A stretch of DNA of 40,692 bases from a virus: the UHGV virus genome UHGV-0390076; one strand, written 5' to 3'. Every line of letters starts with the position of its first letter. Position 1 is the first letter of the stretch. This document shows, piece after piece, positions 1 to 7,926 of the stretch. Position numbers and translations under genes: made by a program. The notes under the pieces were generated by a model that did not search any database, was not told the origin of the DNA, and was given only the letters and a program-made list of their open reading frames with translations.

Positions 1-36
1 GGGAGGGGAGAAAACACAAGGAAAGGAGAAAAAAGT

Positions 37-195
37 ATGGAAGCAAAGACAACAGAAGAGAAAAGGACAGAAGCCATAACAGAGATGGTAGAAAAGATGA
101 AGCAGATGGACATGAACAGTCTGGCAATCATGCAGTCAGCGACCACGGTTCTGATCGCTAAGGAGCGTTTAGACCGGGAAACAAGGATTGCGTAG
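37..195 (+). CDS. small hypothetical protein (52 aa)
   Basis: ATG at 37 preceded by AAAGGAG; open to TAG at 193-195; not in the ORF track (<60 aa). Confidence 0.3.
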   Translation: MEAKTTEEKRTEAITEMVEKMKQMDMNSLAIMQSATTVLIAKERLDRETRIA

Positions 196-233
196 TGCCG
201 GAGTATATCAGGGGGGAGAGAAGGTGAGAAGCT

Positions 234-1103
234 GTGACAGGTATAGAGTTTTATAGCCAGATAGAAAAACTATATGGGGAACTCAGCTTATTTGATGCAA
301 TCGGGCTTGTAGGGCATCAGATCAGAGAAAAGATAGAAGCGGCATTACAAGAAGGTGCAGACTGTAAAACGCTGGCGGTAGAGACTGCATCATTATTGAA
401 ACTTGAAAATGCCGCATCAAAGATGCTTGATGAAGAAAAATTGGAACCGGAACAGAGGATTATGTTTTCGGTGATATTTTCCAAGGACTTAAAGGATGTG
501 AAGCACTTCCTGCTACAAAGCCAGAATCGGGATGAGATACCGCAGGAGGAAAAAGAGAAAGCAGAACTGTATTTAATGCAGCTCAGCATGATCTTAAAGG
601 ACGTGTTGACAGATAAATATCTTCCCAAACCTGTTGCAGTTGATATCTGCGATAAAGACAAACCCTACATGAAGGATTTGGTAGTTCGCAGTCTGATGTA
701 TGTAATGAGGAAGCTGGCTGATGGTCTTAATCTTGACGAAACTCTGGAACATACTCTGATCCTGTTTGAATCGGATTTGGAGCGATTTGGCTATGTTTTG
801 AGAAAGAATGATAGTTACAAATTGACAGAGCAGGATTTACAGGAAGCCCTTAATGAAGAATTTCCAACGGATCCCCAGACACTGCAATGTCATTCTGAAA
901 CGATACAAGGACTGATTGTTAATCTCATCATGGGTGCAGGCTTAAATCAGTTTGATATCAATAAGCAGACAAGAATGTTTTTGATATCAGCGCTGATGTA
1001 TGGAAGAGCCGCACTGATGGCGGCTCCGGATCTTAGTCATGAAATAGAAAGAGAGATAGAGGCTCTTCGTGACTTTTGTAAACGATACTACGATCCTGAA
1101 TAA
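234..1103 (+). CDS. hypothetical protein (289 aa, GTG start)
   Basis: Long ORF; purine-rich RBS-like stretch upstream; no recognisable motif. Confidence 0.45.
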   Translation: MTGIEFYSQIEKLYGELSLFDAIGLVGHQIREKIEAALQEGADCKTLAVETASLLKLENAASKMLDEEKLEPEQRIMFSVIFSKDLKDVKHFLLQSQNRDEIPQEEKEKAELYLMQLSMILKDVLTDKYLPKPVAVDICDKDKPYMKDLVVRSLMYVMRKLADGLNLDETLEHTLILFESDLERFGYVLRKNDSYKLTEQDLQEALNEEFPTDPQTLQCHSETIQGLIVNLIMGAGLNQFDINKQTRMFLISALMYGRAALMAAPDLSHEIEREIEALRDFCKRYYDPE

Positions 1104-1267
1104 TCATACTTTGTAGTGTATGTACACAAGTTTCACATGGAGCGCATCCATTGGAAAAATCGCAGGTATTTTGAACAACAGCAAGGGTATTAGTCATTCC
1201 TATTGGAACCTTACATATGCGTCCGTTATGTGGACAATACACTTTGATATATGTTTGTTCAACAGCC

Positions 1268-1341
1268 ATATTATTTTCCCTCCCTTCATACTGTACTCGG
1301 CCTTGGCAGAGGCCTGTAAATTCAGTATAGGACGGGAGGGG
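1268..1341 (+). repeat. structured ~60-nt repeat, copy 1 (three nested helices: ccctccc/gggaggg, atactg/cagtat, ggcct/aggcc)
   Basis: Nested inverted repeats seen directly; a second ~89% identical copy lies at 40627-40692. Confidence 0.6.
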
Positions 1342-1589
1342 AAAGAAAACAAGCAAGATGTACAAGCAGTAATACATACAATGCCAGAGAAAGGAGTGGT
1401 AAGAGTGGAGAAAAAGGGGATTACATATTCAAACTGGGTAAAAATTGGGGATAAAGGGGTGAAGATGGAAGAGCTTCCGCAGGAAGAGCGAGAGAAGATT
1501 GCGAATAGCTTGATTTACCGTCCATTAGCAACCATTCCCAATATAAAAATAACAAAAATCGCCTGAGAGCGGGCAAGGAGGAACACAAG

Positions 1590-1781
1590 ATGAGTGACGA
1601 AGTAAAAAGAGAGTACCACATTGGGGAGTATGCCATTAAGCCTTATGAGACAGAAGATGCATGGGATCTGGAGACGATCTCAGACGATCTGCGCTGGGCT
1701 GTTAAATGGGCTGAAGGAATGAGCTTTATGTGGGGCTTTACGTTGGTATTGTTGTTGCTAACATGGTACGGCGTAATATAG
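1590..1781 (+). CDS. small protein with C-terminal transmembrane helix (63 aa)
   Basis: AAGGAGG 7 nt upstream of ATG; hydrophobic C-terminus FTLVLLLLTWYGVI. Confidence 0.5.
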   Translation: MSDEVKREYHIGEYAIKPYETEDAWDLETISDDLRWAVKWAEGMSFMWGFTLVLLLLTWYGVI

Positions 1782-1794
1782 GAGGCATACTGCA

Positions 1795-1947
1795 ATGAGA
1801 GGATGGAATAGATGTCGGAAATGTAATTGCTTATTGGATCCGGGAGAAGGAAGGCTGTGCGATGAATGCAAAGAAGAGCAGAGGAAAGGTGTAAAAATCC
1901 ATGTGGAACCTGTACATATCCCAGTAAAGAATCCAAGACAGCAGTAA
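1795..1947 (+). CDS. small Cys-rich zinc-ribbon-like protein (50 aa)
   Basis: AGGAGG 8 nt upstream of ATG at 1795; CxxC...CxxC pattern; not in the ORF track. Confidence 0.3.
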   Translation: MRGWNRCRKCNCLLDPGEGRLCDECKEEQRKGVKIHVEPVHIPVKNPRQQ

Positions 1948-2062
1948 AGCCCTGCAATGATCTCACAAACCATCAGGGCTTTACACAACGTACATTTCGG
2001 ATTAAATCCACCTCTATTGTAGCAGATACTACAGAGAAATACAAGCATAATGGAGGAACATC

Positions 2063-2380
2063 ATGAAAAAAGAAGGAATTGTAACCAAGTATAACCATAA
2101 CTGTCTGTTCTGTGGCCGTCCGCTGGAGGCCACCCACCACCTGATCGGAGGCACATCCAAGAGAAAGCAGTCCGATCAGGATGGGCTCACAATCCCCTGC
2201 TGTAATGACTGCCACAACATGGGTGAGCTGTCCCGCCGGATCCATGGAAATCCCATAGCAGAGGCAATGTCTAAGATCATAGGGCAGCTTGCCTGGGAGA
2301 AGCGGGCGGTAGCTGAGGGCCAGACAGAGGAGGAAGCAAGGGAAGCCTTCCGCAAGAGATACGGGGAAAGCTACCTGTGA
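2063..2380 (+). CDS. HNH endonuclease
   Basis: CLFCGR...HH...CCNDCH layout typical of the HNH/zinc-finger nuclease motif. Confidence 0.6.
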   Translation: MKKEGIVTKYNHNCLFCGRPLEATHHLIGGTSKRKQSDQDGLTIPCCNDCHNMGELSRRIHGNPIAEAMSKIIGQLAWEKRAVAEGQTEEEAREAFRKRYGESYL

Positions 2381-2390
2381 AAGGAGTTTT

Positions 2391-2663
2391 ATGGACCATA
2401 AGGAAAAGAAACAGTACATGGAAGCAGGTACGCGTCGGAGATTAGAGAAGCTGATAGATATGGAGAGGAATCCCTCACCTATGACAGATGCATTCCGGCG
2501 GCCTGCATACGCAGGGACAAGTCTGTGTCCGGAAAGGAAAAAGAATGAGGATAATATCGATCATAAATTTAAAGGGCGGATGTGGGAAGACCACCACGGC
2601 GGCAGCCATGGCAGAGATTCTGGTGGTAAGACACGGAAAGAGAGTGATCCTGCTGGACAATGA
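2391..2663 (+). CDS. hypothetical basic protein overlapping the parA start in another frame
   Basis: Strong AAAGGAG RBS 6 nt before ATG 2391; overlaps parA by ~119 nt, so extent is uncertain. Confidence 0.3.
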   Translation: MDHKEKKQYMEAGTRRRLEKLIDMERNPSPMTDAFRRPAYAGTSLCPERKKNEDNIDHKFKGRMWEDHHGGSHGRDSGGKTRKESDPAGQ

Positions 2664-3315
2664 TAAGCAGGGGAATGCATCACGGCTGTACCAGAGGTAT
2701 AACCAGAACAGCAGAAGGGGAACTCTGGATATGATCCATAGCAGGAGCATAATCGGGAATATCATGGAAACAGGAATAGAGGGGCTGAGCCTGATCCCAT
2801 GCAATTATTACATGAAACAGGCAGAGATTGAAATACTCATGGATTCCAGGACTACACAGCATGACCGTTACCGGGAAGCGCTGGCGCAGGTGGAGGGGGA
2901 ATATGATTACTGTATTATAGATAATCCCCCTGACATTGGGATGAATGTGGTTAATGCGCTGAGTGCGTCTCAGGAGGTCATTATTCCGATCAATCTGGAC
3001 AATTATTCTCTTGACGGTTTGGAGATGCTGATGGAACAGGTGAGATCTATCAGCCGTCTGAATCCAAATATGGAAGAGGTATGGGGGCTTGTGACGGATT
3101 ATGAGCGGAGTGCTACCAGTGAGTCAGCAGAGAAATGGCTTCGGGAGCAGCCGCATTTCAAGGTATTTTCTCAGCATATCCGTCATTCCAGAAAGGCCAA
3201 AGACGCTACATTTTACCATAGGAGCGTTGTAGCCCATAGCCCACGATCGGGGGCGGCTTTGGATTACAGAAGATTTGTGGATGAGTATTTGAGGAGGGCT
3301 GGGGATGGCATTTGA
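2545..3315 (+). CDS. parA: ParA/Soj-family partition ATPase
   Basis: Deviant Walker A KGGCGKTT near the N-terminus (MRIISIINLKGGCGKTT); the track start at 2488 is probably too early. Confidence 0.85.
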   Translation: MRIISIINLKGGCGKTTTAAAMAEILVVRHGKRVILLDNDKQGNASRLYQRYNQNSRRGTLDMIHSRSIIGNIMETGIEGLSLIPCNYYMKQAEIEILMDSRTTQHDRYREALAQVEGEYDYCIIDNPPDIGMNVVNALSASQEVIIPINLDNYSLDGLEMLMEQVRSISRLNPNMEEVWGLVTDYERSATSESAEKWLREQPHFKVFSQHIRHSRKAKDATFYHRSVVAHSPRSGAALDYRRFVDEYLRRAGDGI

Positions 3316-4267
3316 CATATTAAGCATCCTGAACGGGGCTACCTTAGCAGAAACAGAGCGGACAGAGGAGTATCAGGATATCGTGTTGGATTATCGGGAC
3401 ATTGTAGTCACCAATCATAATAAATACAGCATGGTGGAAATTCAGGAGCTGGCAACAGGGATTCTGATGACCGGAGGCCTGCAGGCCCCGCTGGTAGTCG
3501 GCAGGGTATCCGGGGAGTATTGGCTCTTATCGGGACACAGGAGGTATTCAGCCCTCAGGCAGTTGATACAGGAAGGAAATAGGGAGTATGAAAAGATACC
3601 ATGCCGATACAAGGATATGGACAAGCTGCAGTTCCGGATGGAACTTTTATGCGGGAATACGTTTAACCGGAAGTTGTCTGATTATGACCTGATGATGCAG
3701 GCTCAGGAGTGGAAGGAAATCCTGACTGAAATGAAAACAAGTGGAGCGCTTGTCCTGAATAAGGGAGAGCGGATCCGGGACTATGTGGCTCAGATATTGG
3801 GAGAATCCAGTGGGAAGATAGGGCAGCTGAATGCGATATATAAGAGTGCTCCGGAGGAAGTCAAGGAGAAATTCCAGTCTGGTGAGATGGGAATTACATC
3901 GGCTTATGAAGCTTCCCGGACGGTAGAGCCACAGGAAGAACCCCAGCCGGATGAAAAGAGCCTGGAAATACAGAAAAAGGCAGAGGAAAAACGTGTGTCA
4001 GAATCTGACACAAAGGGGCAGAGGGACGAGCTCTATCATGAGCCGGATATGGAGGCGGTGGAAACACCAGAAAAATCTGTGGAATATGACAGGGATACTC
4101 TGCTGTGGATGATTAGGGATGCGGAGGAAACCATGGAGCAGATGAAGGAATATTGGATTTCTAATGATCCTGAAATCTATACAAAGAATGCCATGAAGAT
4201 ACAGGCATACAAGCTGTTATTGGAGCAGCATGACAGGGGTATTATCTCCTGCCCCCACAGGAGTTGA
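3305..4267 (+). CDS. parB: ParB-like nuclease/partition domain protein
   Basis: ParB N-terminal domain motif GGLQAPLVV...LLSGHRRYSA; overlaps the parA stop. Confidence 0.75.
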   Translation: MAFDILSILNGATLAETERTEEYQDIVLDYRDIVVTNHNKYSMVEIQELATGILMTGGLQAPLVVGRVSGEYWLLSGHRRYSALRQLIQEGNREYEKIPCRYKDMDKLQFRMELLCGNTFNRKLSDYDLMMQAQEWKEILTEMKTSGALVLNKGERIRDYVAQILGESSGKIGQLNAIYKSAPEEVKEKFQSGEMGITSAYEASRTVEPQEEPQPDEKSLEIQKKAEEKRVSESDTKGQRDELYHEPDMEAVETPEKSVEYDRDTLLWMIRDAEETMEQMKEYWISNDPEIYTKNAMKIQAYKLLLEQHDRGIISCPHRS

Positions 4268-4324
4268 TACATATATAAAACAACGGTTCAGATTGCGGTA
4301 TGTCACAAATACCTTTTGACCGAT

Positions 4325-4369
4325 CAGGCCGGGGCCTATCAACCTCCTTTTCCCGGCCTGGAAAGGAGG
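4325..4369 (+). promoter_or_regulatory. alternative hairpins with an anti-SD segment upstream of ORF 4374
   Basis: 9-bp stem caggccggg/cccggcctg (4325-4360); loop segment cctcctttt (4343-4351) is complementary to the downstream SD aaaggagg (4362-4369). Confidence 0.35.
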
Positions 4370-4458
4370 GATCATGGAAGACTGGATTAAGAAGCTGGAA
4401 AACTATGAGTGTGACGGTCAGATGGAATTGAGTGACTTTCTGCCAATGAATCAGAAAG

Positions 4459-4995
4459 ATGAGGAAGACCATGGGAAAAGACAAAAAGATATATGCAGCC
4501 CGGATGCAGGGGCTTGCATATGCATTAGATATTGTAAAAAAAGGTGGAATAGAAGCTCTGGAAAAGGAGATTAAAGCAAGGGGAGCGTATTACGTTCCTA
4601 TGGAAATATCGTATGAGCAGGTGATGGAGTTAAAAAACTTGATTGCAGACCGGATATTGTCAACGTTTGCTCCTGCTGTAATGTTTACTCTGCACGATAC
4701 ATTCGGTTTTGGAAAGGATCGTTTGCTACGGTGGAAGAATGCTTTTATGAAGCGTTGTGATATGATGTCGACTTTTGATCCATTTGGAGTTCCATATGAA
4801 AAGGTTATGGATTATGCGACGATTTTAACCGAAAAATACGGAATACAATTTGAGTGGGACAAGATAGAGGACGTAGAGCAGGATAATAAGCAATCAAAAA
4901 AACAGTTATGTGATATTGATTATGTAATTCAGTTTCTAGAAGAGAGGGGACAGGCAGAGGCGGCGGAGCTGTTGAGGGAGTATGGGGAGGTATAA
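4459..4995 (+). CDS. hypothetical protein (178 aa)
   Basis: ORF; start uncertain (4459 or 4471); an overlapping 4374-4574 ORF has a strong RBS. Confidence 0.45.
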   Translation: MRKTMGKDKKIYAARMQGLAYALDIVKKGGIEALEKEIKARGAYYVPMEISYEQVMELKNLIADRILSTFAPAVMFTLHDTFGFGKDRLLRWKNAFMKRCDMMSTFDPFGVPYEKVMDYATILTEKYGIQFEWDKIEDVEQDNKQSKKQLCDIDYVIQFLEERGQAEAAELLREYGEV

Positions 4996-4997
4996 AG

Positions 4998-5258
4998 GTG
5001 GACAAAAGAGAGGCTATAGAGATATTGCAAAAGCATATTGATACATATAGATACCAAATTACAGATGGTGGCTGGGAACGGATGGTTCAGGTTGGGATTG
5101 CCAGAGATAACCTATATGATAAGCTGGCGTATCGTGCTGATGCAGAGAAACAGATGCAGGCATATGGTATGGCTATTCAGGCATTAGAGAACAGCAATCC
5201 AGAGGATTGGGTAGACAGGTGCTATTTGGGGAGCCCGTGTCCATATCAGCGTAATTAA
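4998..5258 (+). CDS. hypothetical protein (GTG start)
   Basis: GGAGG upstream of GTG. Confidence 0.4.
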   Translation: MDKREAIEILQKHIDTYRYQITDGGWERMVQVGIARDNLYDKLAYRADAEKQMQAYGMAIQALENSNPEDWVDRCYLGSPCPYQRN

Positions 5259-5277
5259 GGTTTAAAGGAGTTAAAAA

Positions 5278-5631
5278 ATGCAAAAAGTGATAGAGAAAGC
5301 TATGTTAAAGATAATACAGGAGATGGAGAAGAATCGCTTGGCGTATAATGATGCGCAGGGAAGCTATAATGATACCGGCTTTGATAGGTATTATAACAAA
5401 ATGGAGCGCCTTGACAAAGAATATGAGGAGCTGAAAGCATTCCTTGGATTAGACAAAATAGAATCCTCCAGCATTATCGAATCTGAAAATATAAGGCTTT
5501 GTAATGAGAATCAGGAACTGAAAAAGTTTATCAGTGACGCCAAAAGTCTAATGACTTACATCCATGCGGATTATTGGAGTGACCCGCAGGTGACAAGGCT
5601 TTACGAAAAATTCAAGGATTTTAATCCGTAA
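5278..5631 (+). CDS. hypothetical protein (117 aa)
   Basis: AAAGGAG RBS; ORF. Confidence 0.5.
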   Translation: MQKVIEKAMLKIIQEMEKNRLAYNDAQGSYNDTGFDRYYNKMERLDKEYEELKAFLGLDKIESSSIIESENIRLCNENQELKKFISDAKSLMTYIHADYWSDPQVTRLYEKFKDFNP

Positions 5632-5698
5632 AATTAAAATTTTAAGAAAGGAGACCGGAGCCGCGCGCAAAAGGATATCCTGGCTCCTTTTGAGAAAA

Positions 5699-6322
5699 AT
5701 GAGAATTTTAGTAGCGTGCGAAGAAAGTCAGGCTGTAACAATGGAGCTTAGAAAGTTGGGCCATGAAGCATATAGTTGCGACATAGACCCCTGTTCTGGC
5801 GGGCATCCAGAGTGGCATTTACAGGTGGATGCCTTGGAGTTGCTAAAAATGCAGTGGGATATGATTATCGCTTTTCCGCCGTGTACATATTTAAGCAATG
5901 CAGGGGCTTGCCGCTTATATCCTAAGAAGGGACAGCTTGACCAAGAACGATATAAAAAGGGGCTGGCGGCAAAAGAATTTTTTTTACGCTTTTTGAATGC
6001 TGACTGTCCGAAGATAGCTGTGGAAAATCCAGTGTCAAGTACAGTATTCCGTATGCCTCCACATAGTCAGGAAATTCAACCTTGGCAGTTCGGACATCCT
6101 TACACAAAGAAAACGAGGTTGTGGTTACGGGGGCTTCCGCCGTTAGAGCCAACAGATATTGTAACTCCGATGGGACCATATGTGCCGGCAGGAACTGGCA
6201 GAAAAGACAGGAGCAAATACGGGGCAGCAAAACGCGGAAAGGATGCTAAAAACAGAGCAAAGACGTTTCAGGGGATAGCTCATGCAATGGCAGAGCAATG
6301 GGCTGGACAGAGCGTAAATTAA
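5699..6322 (+). CDS. C5-cytosine-methyltransferase-like catalytic-core protein (PC, ENV and K-x-T-R-x-x-x-R-G motifs present; no AdoMet motif I and no TRD seen)
   Basis: AFPPCTYLSNAG (motif IV-like), IAVENPV (motif VI-like) and KKTRLWLRG (motif VIII-like) in canonical order; only ~205 aa; ATG 5699 preferred over the TTG at 5690. Confidence 0.45.
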   Translation: MRILVACEESQAVTMELRKLGHEAYSCDIDPCSGGHPEWHLQVDALELLKMQWDMIIAFPPCTYLSNAGACRLYPKKGQLDQERYKKGLAAKEFFLRFLNADCPKIAVENPVSSTVFRMPPHSQEIQPWQFGHPYTKKTRLWLRGLPPLEPTDIVTPMGPYVPAGTGRKDRSKYGAAKRGKDAKNRAKTFQGIAHAMAEQWAGQSVN

Positions 6323-7503
6323 AATCTAAGAAAGGAGCTGGAACCTCCGGCCGGGGTAATGCTATAGCAGGTTCCTTTCGGAAAATGGAAAAGAAAGAAT
6401 TAACTACAGAAGAGTGGAAGACCGAAAAGAAGAAAAAGAAAGCGCAGATGACCGCCATGCAGGCCCTGCCTTACGAGGTAAAGGTGAGAAGAGCAGAGCT
6501 GCGGGCCCGAGAGTACATAGACAAGCTGGATGAAATGGGGCTGAATGCCCATGTCAGTGTGGGTGGGCTGGACAGCATTGTGCTCCTGATGTTCCTCCGG
6601 AAGATTGGGATTGATGTTCCAGCCATATCTGTATCAGCTTTGGAGGACAGAAGTATTCAGAAGATACATAGGGACTTGGGAGTAATATCTATCATGCCAG
6701 GGAAGCCCAAAGTACAGATTTTGCAGGAATATGGCTTCCCGGTAATTTCAAAGAAAATTGCTGGACGGATTGATACACTGCAGCATCCTACGGAGAAAAA
6801 CAAAACTGTCCGTCATGCAATCATTACAGGAGAGTGTGGAGCTCAGGGACATTATGCCAAGAACAGTCGAATGAAACTGCCGCAGAAGTGGCTGGAGCTG
6901 TTTGCAGGTTATGAGAATGATAATGAGGGAGTGAACTACCAGATAGCCCCGTTCTTGGTATCGAATAAATGTTGCCTGTACATAAAGGAAAAGCCTTGTG
7001 ATCGTTGGGCGAAAGAGCACAAAAGCCGGCCATTTTTGGGACTGATGGCATCAGAGGGTGGGCAGAGAGAAGAGGCACTTACAGAACACGGCTGCAACTA
7101 TTTTGGCAAGGGAGTAATCCGATCTGCGCCATTTGCCCCGTTCCTGCGGCAGGATCTGTTGCAGCTGGCTCTTGATCTGAATGCTCCAGTACCGGAGATT
7201 TACGGAGAGATTGCCAGAAAAATGGATGGAACCCTATACACCACAGGGGCACAGAGAACTGGATGCAGTATGTGCGGATTTGGAGTCCATATGGAGAAGA
7301 GACCCCACAGGTTTGACCAGTTGCGTGTAAGGAATCCTAAGGAATGGGAGTTCTGGATGTACCGCTGCTGTACGGATCCGGAGACTGGCGAAAAGTTTGG
7401 TTGGGGCCGGGTGCTGGATTACATTGGAGTTGAATGGGAAAACGTACCAGACGGCGTAGATCTGCCTGGGCAGATGGATTTCTTTGCAGATGGATTTATT
7501 TGA
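6298..7503 (+). CDS. PAPS-reductase / PP-loop ATPase family protein (DndC-like)
   Basis: PP-loop SGGxDS motif as VSVGGLDS; C-terminal Cys cluster TGCSMCGF; start may be ATG 6385. Confidence 0.55.
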   Translation: MGWTERKLKSKKGAGTSGRGNAIAGSFRKMEKKELTTEEWKTEKKKKKAQMTAMQALPYEVKVRRAELRAREYIDKLDEMGLNAHVSVGGLDSIVLLMFLRKIGIDVPAISVSALEDRSIQKIHRDLGVISIMPGKPKVQILQEYGFPVISKKIAGRIDTLQHPTEKNKTVRHAIITGECGAQGHYAKNSRMKLPQKWLELFAGYENDNEGVNYQIAPFLVSNKCCLYIKEKPCDRWAKEHKSRPFLGLMASEGGQREEALTEHGCNYFGKGVIRSAPFAPFLRQDLLQLALDLNAPVPEIYGEIARKMDGTLYTTGAQRTGCSMCGFGVHMEKRPHRFDQLRVRNPKEWEFWMYRCCTDPETGEKFGWGRVLDYIGVEWENVPDGVDLPGQMDFFADGFI

Positions 7504-7529
7504 GAAAATTAAGGTTTAGGAGATCAGCT

Positions 7530-7760
7530 ATGAATTTTATCAAAAAGTTGTTTTGCAAGCATAAAAACAGTGAAGTTATTTGTTGGCATTGGACACATGG
7601 GCCAAATGGTAATGATATCAGATATTTAGAAATCCAGAGGAAATGTTCAGACTGTGGGAGATTTTTCTTTTCGTACATAGAAAATCGGAATGATTGTGAA
7701 AAATTTGTTTCAAAATATCCAGATAAACAGTGGTCAAATAAATGCAAACCAGTTTTGTAA
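7530..7760 (+). CDS. small Cys/His-rich zinc-finger-like protein in a low-GC island
   Basis: AGGAG RBS before ATG 7530; CxH...CxxC pattern; GC visibly lower than neighbouring genes. Confidence 0.4.
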   Translation: MNFIKKLFCKHKNSEVICWHWTHGPNGNDIRYLEIQRKCSDCGRFFFSYIENRNDCEKFVSKYPDKQWSNKCKPVL

Positions 7761-7926
7761 AACTGACATTTAGCATAGGAGGGGATACCAATGCAGCCAG
7801 AAAATACTAAGCAACTAGACATAAAAAGAGGCAGATCACCAACCGCCCAAGGTCCTGTGATCCGCCGTTTTGCTTAAGATAAGTATATCATATATACCCT
7901 TCTTAAGCAAGGATAAGGAGGATATT

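Noticed and set aside
317-661. Antisense ORFs listed in the track inside well-supported genes (for example 317-661 -, 9337-9843 -, 11699-12502 -, 13204-13695 -, 14137-14724 -)
   Set aside because: They lie opposite longer motif-bearing genes with no start signals; treated as frame shadows.
1120-1566. 148-aa + ORF (and the 1033-1377 - ORF) running across the structured repeat
   Set aside because: Both read straight through the hairpin-rich repeat with no RBS and odd composition. Only the distal ~60 codons (from ~1381) could be a small gene, and there is no supporting signal.
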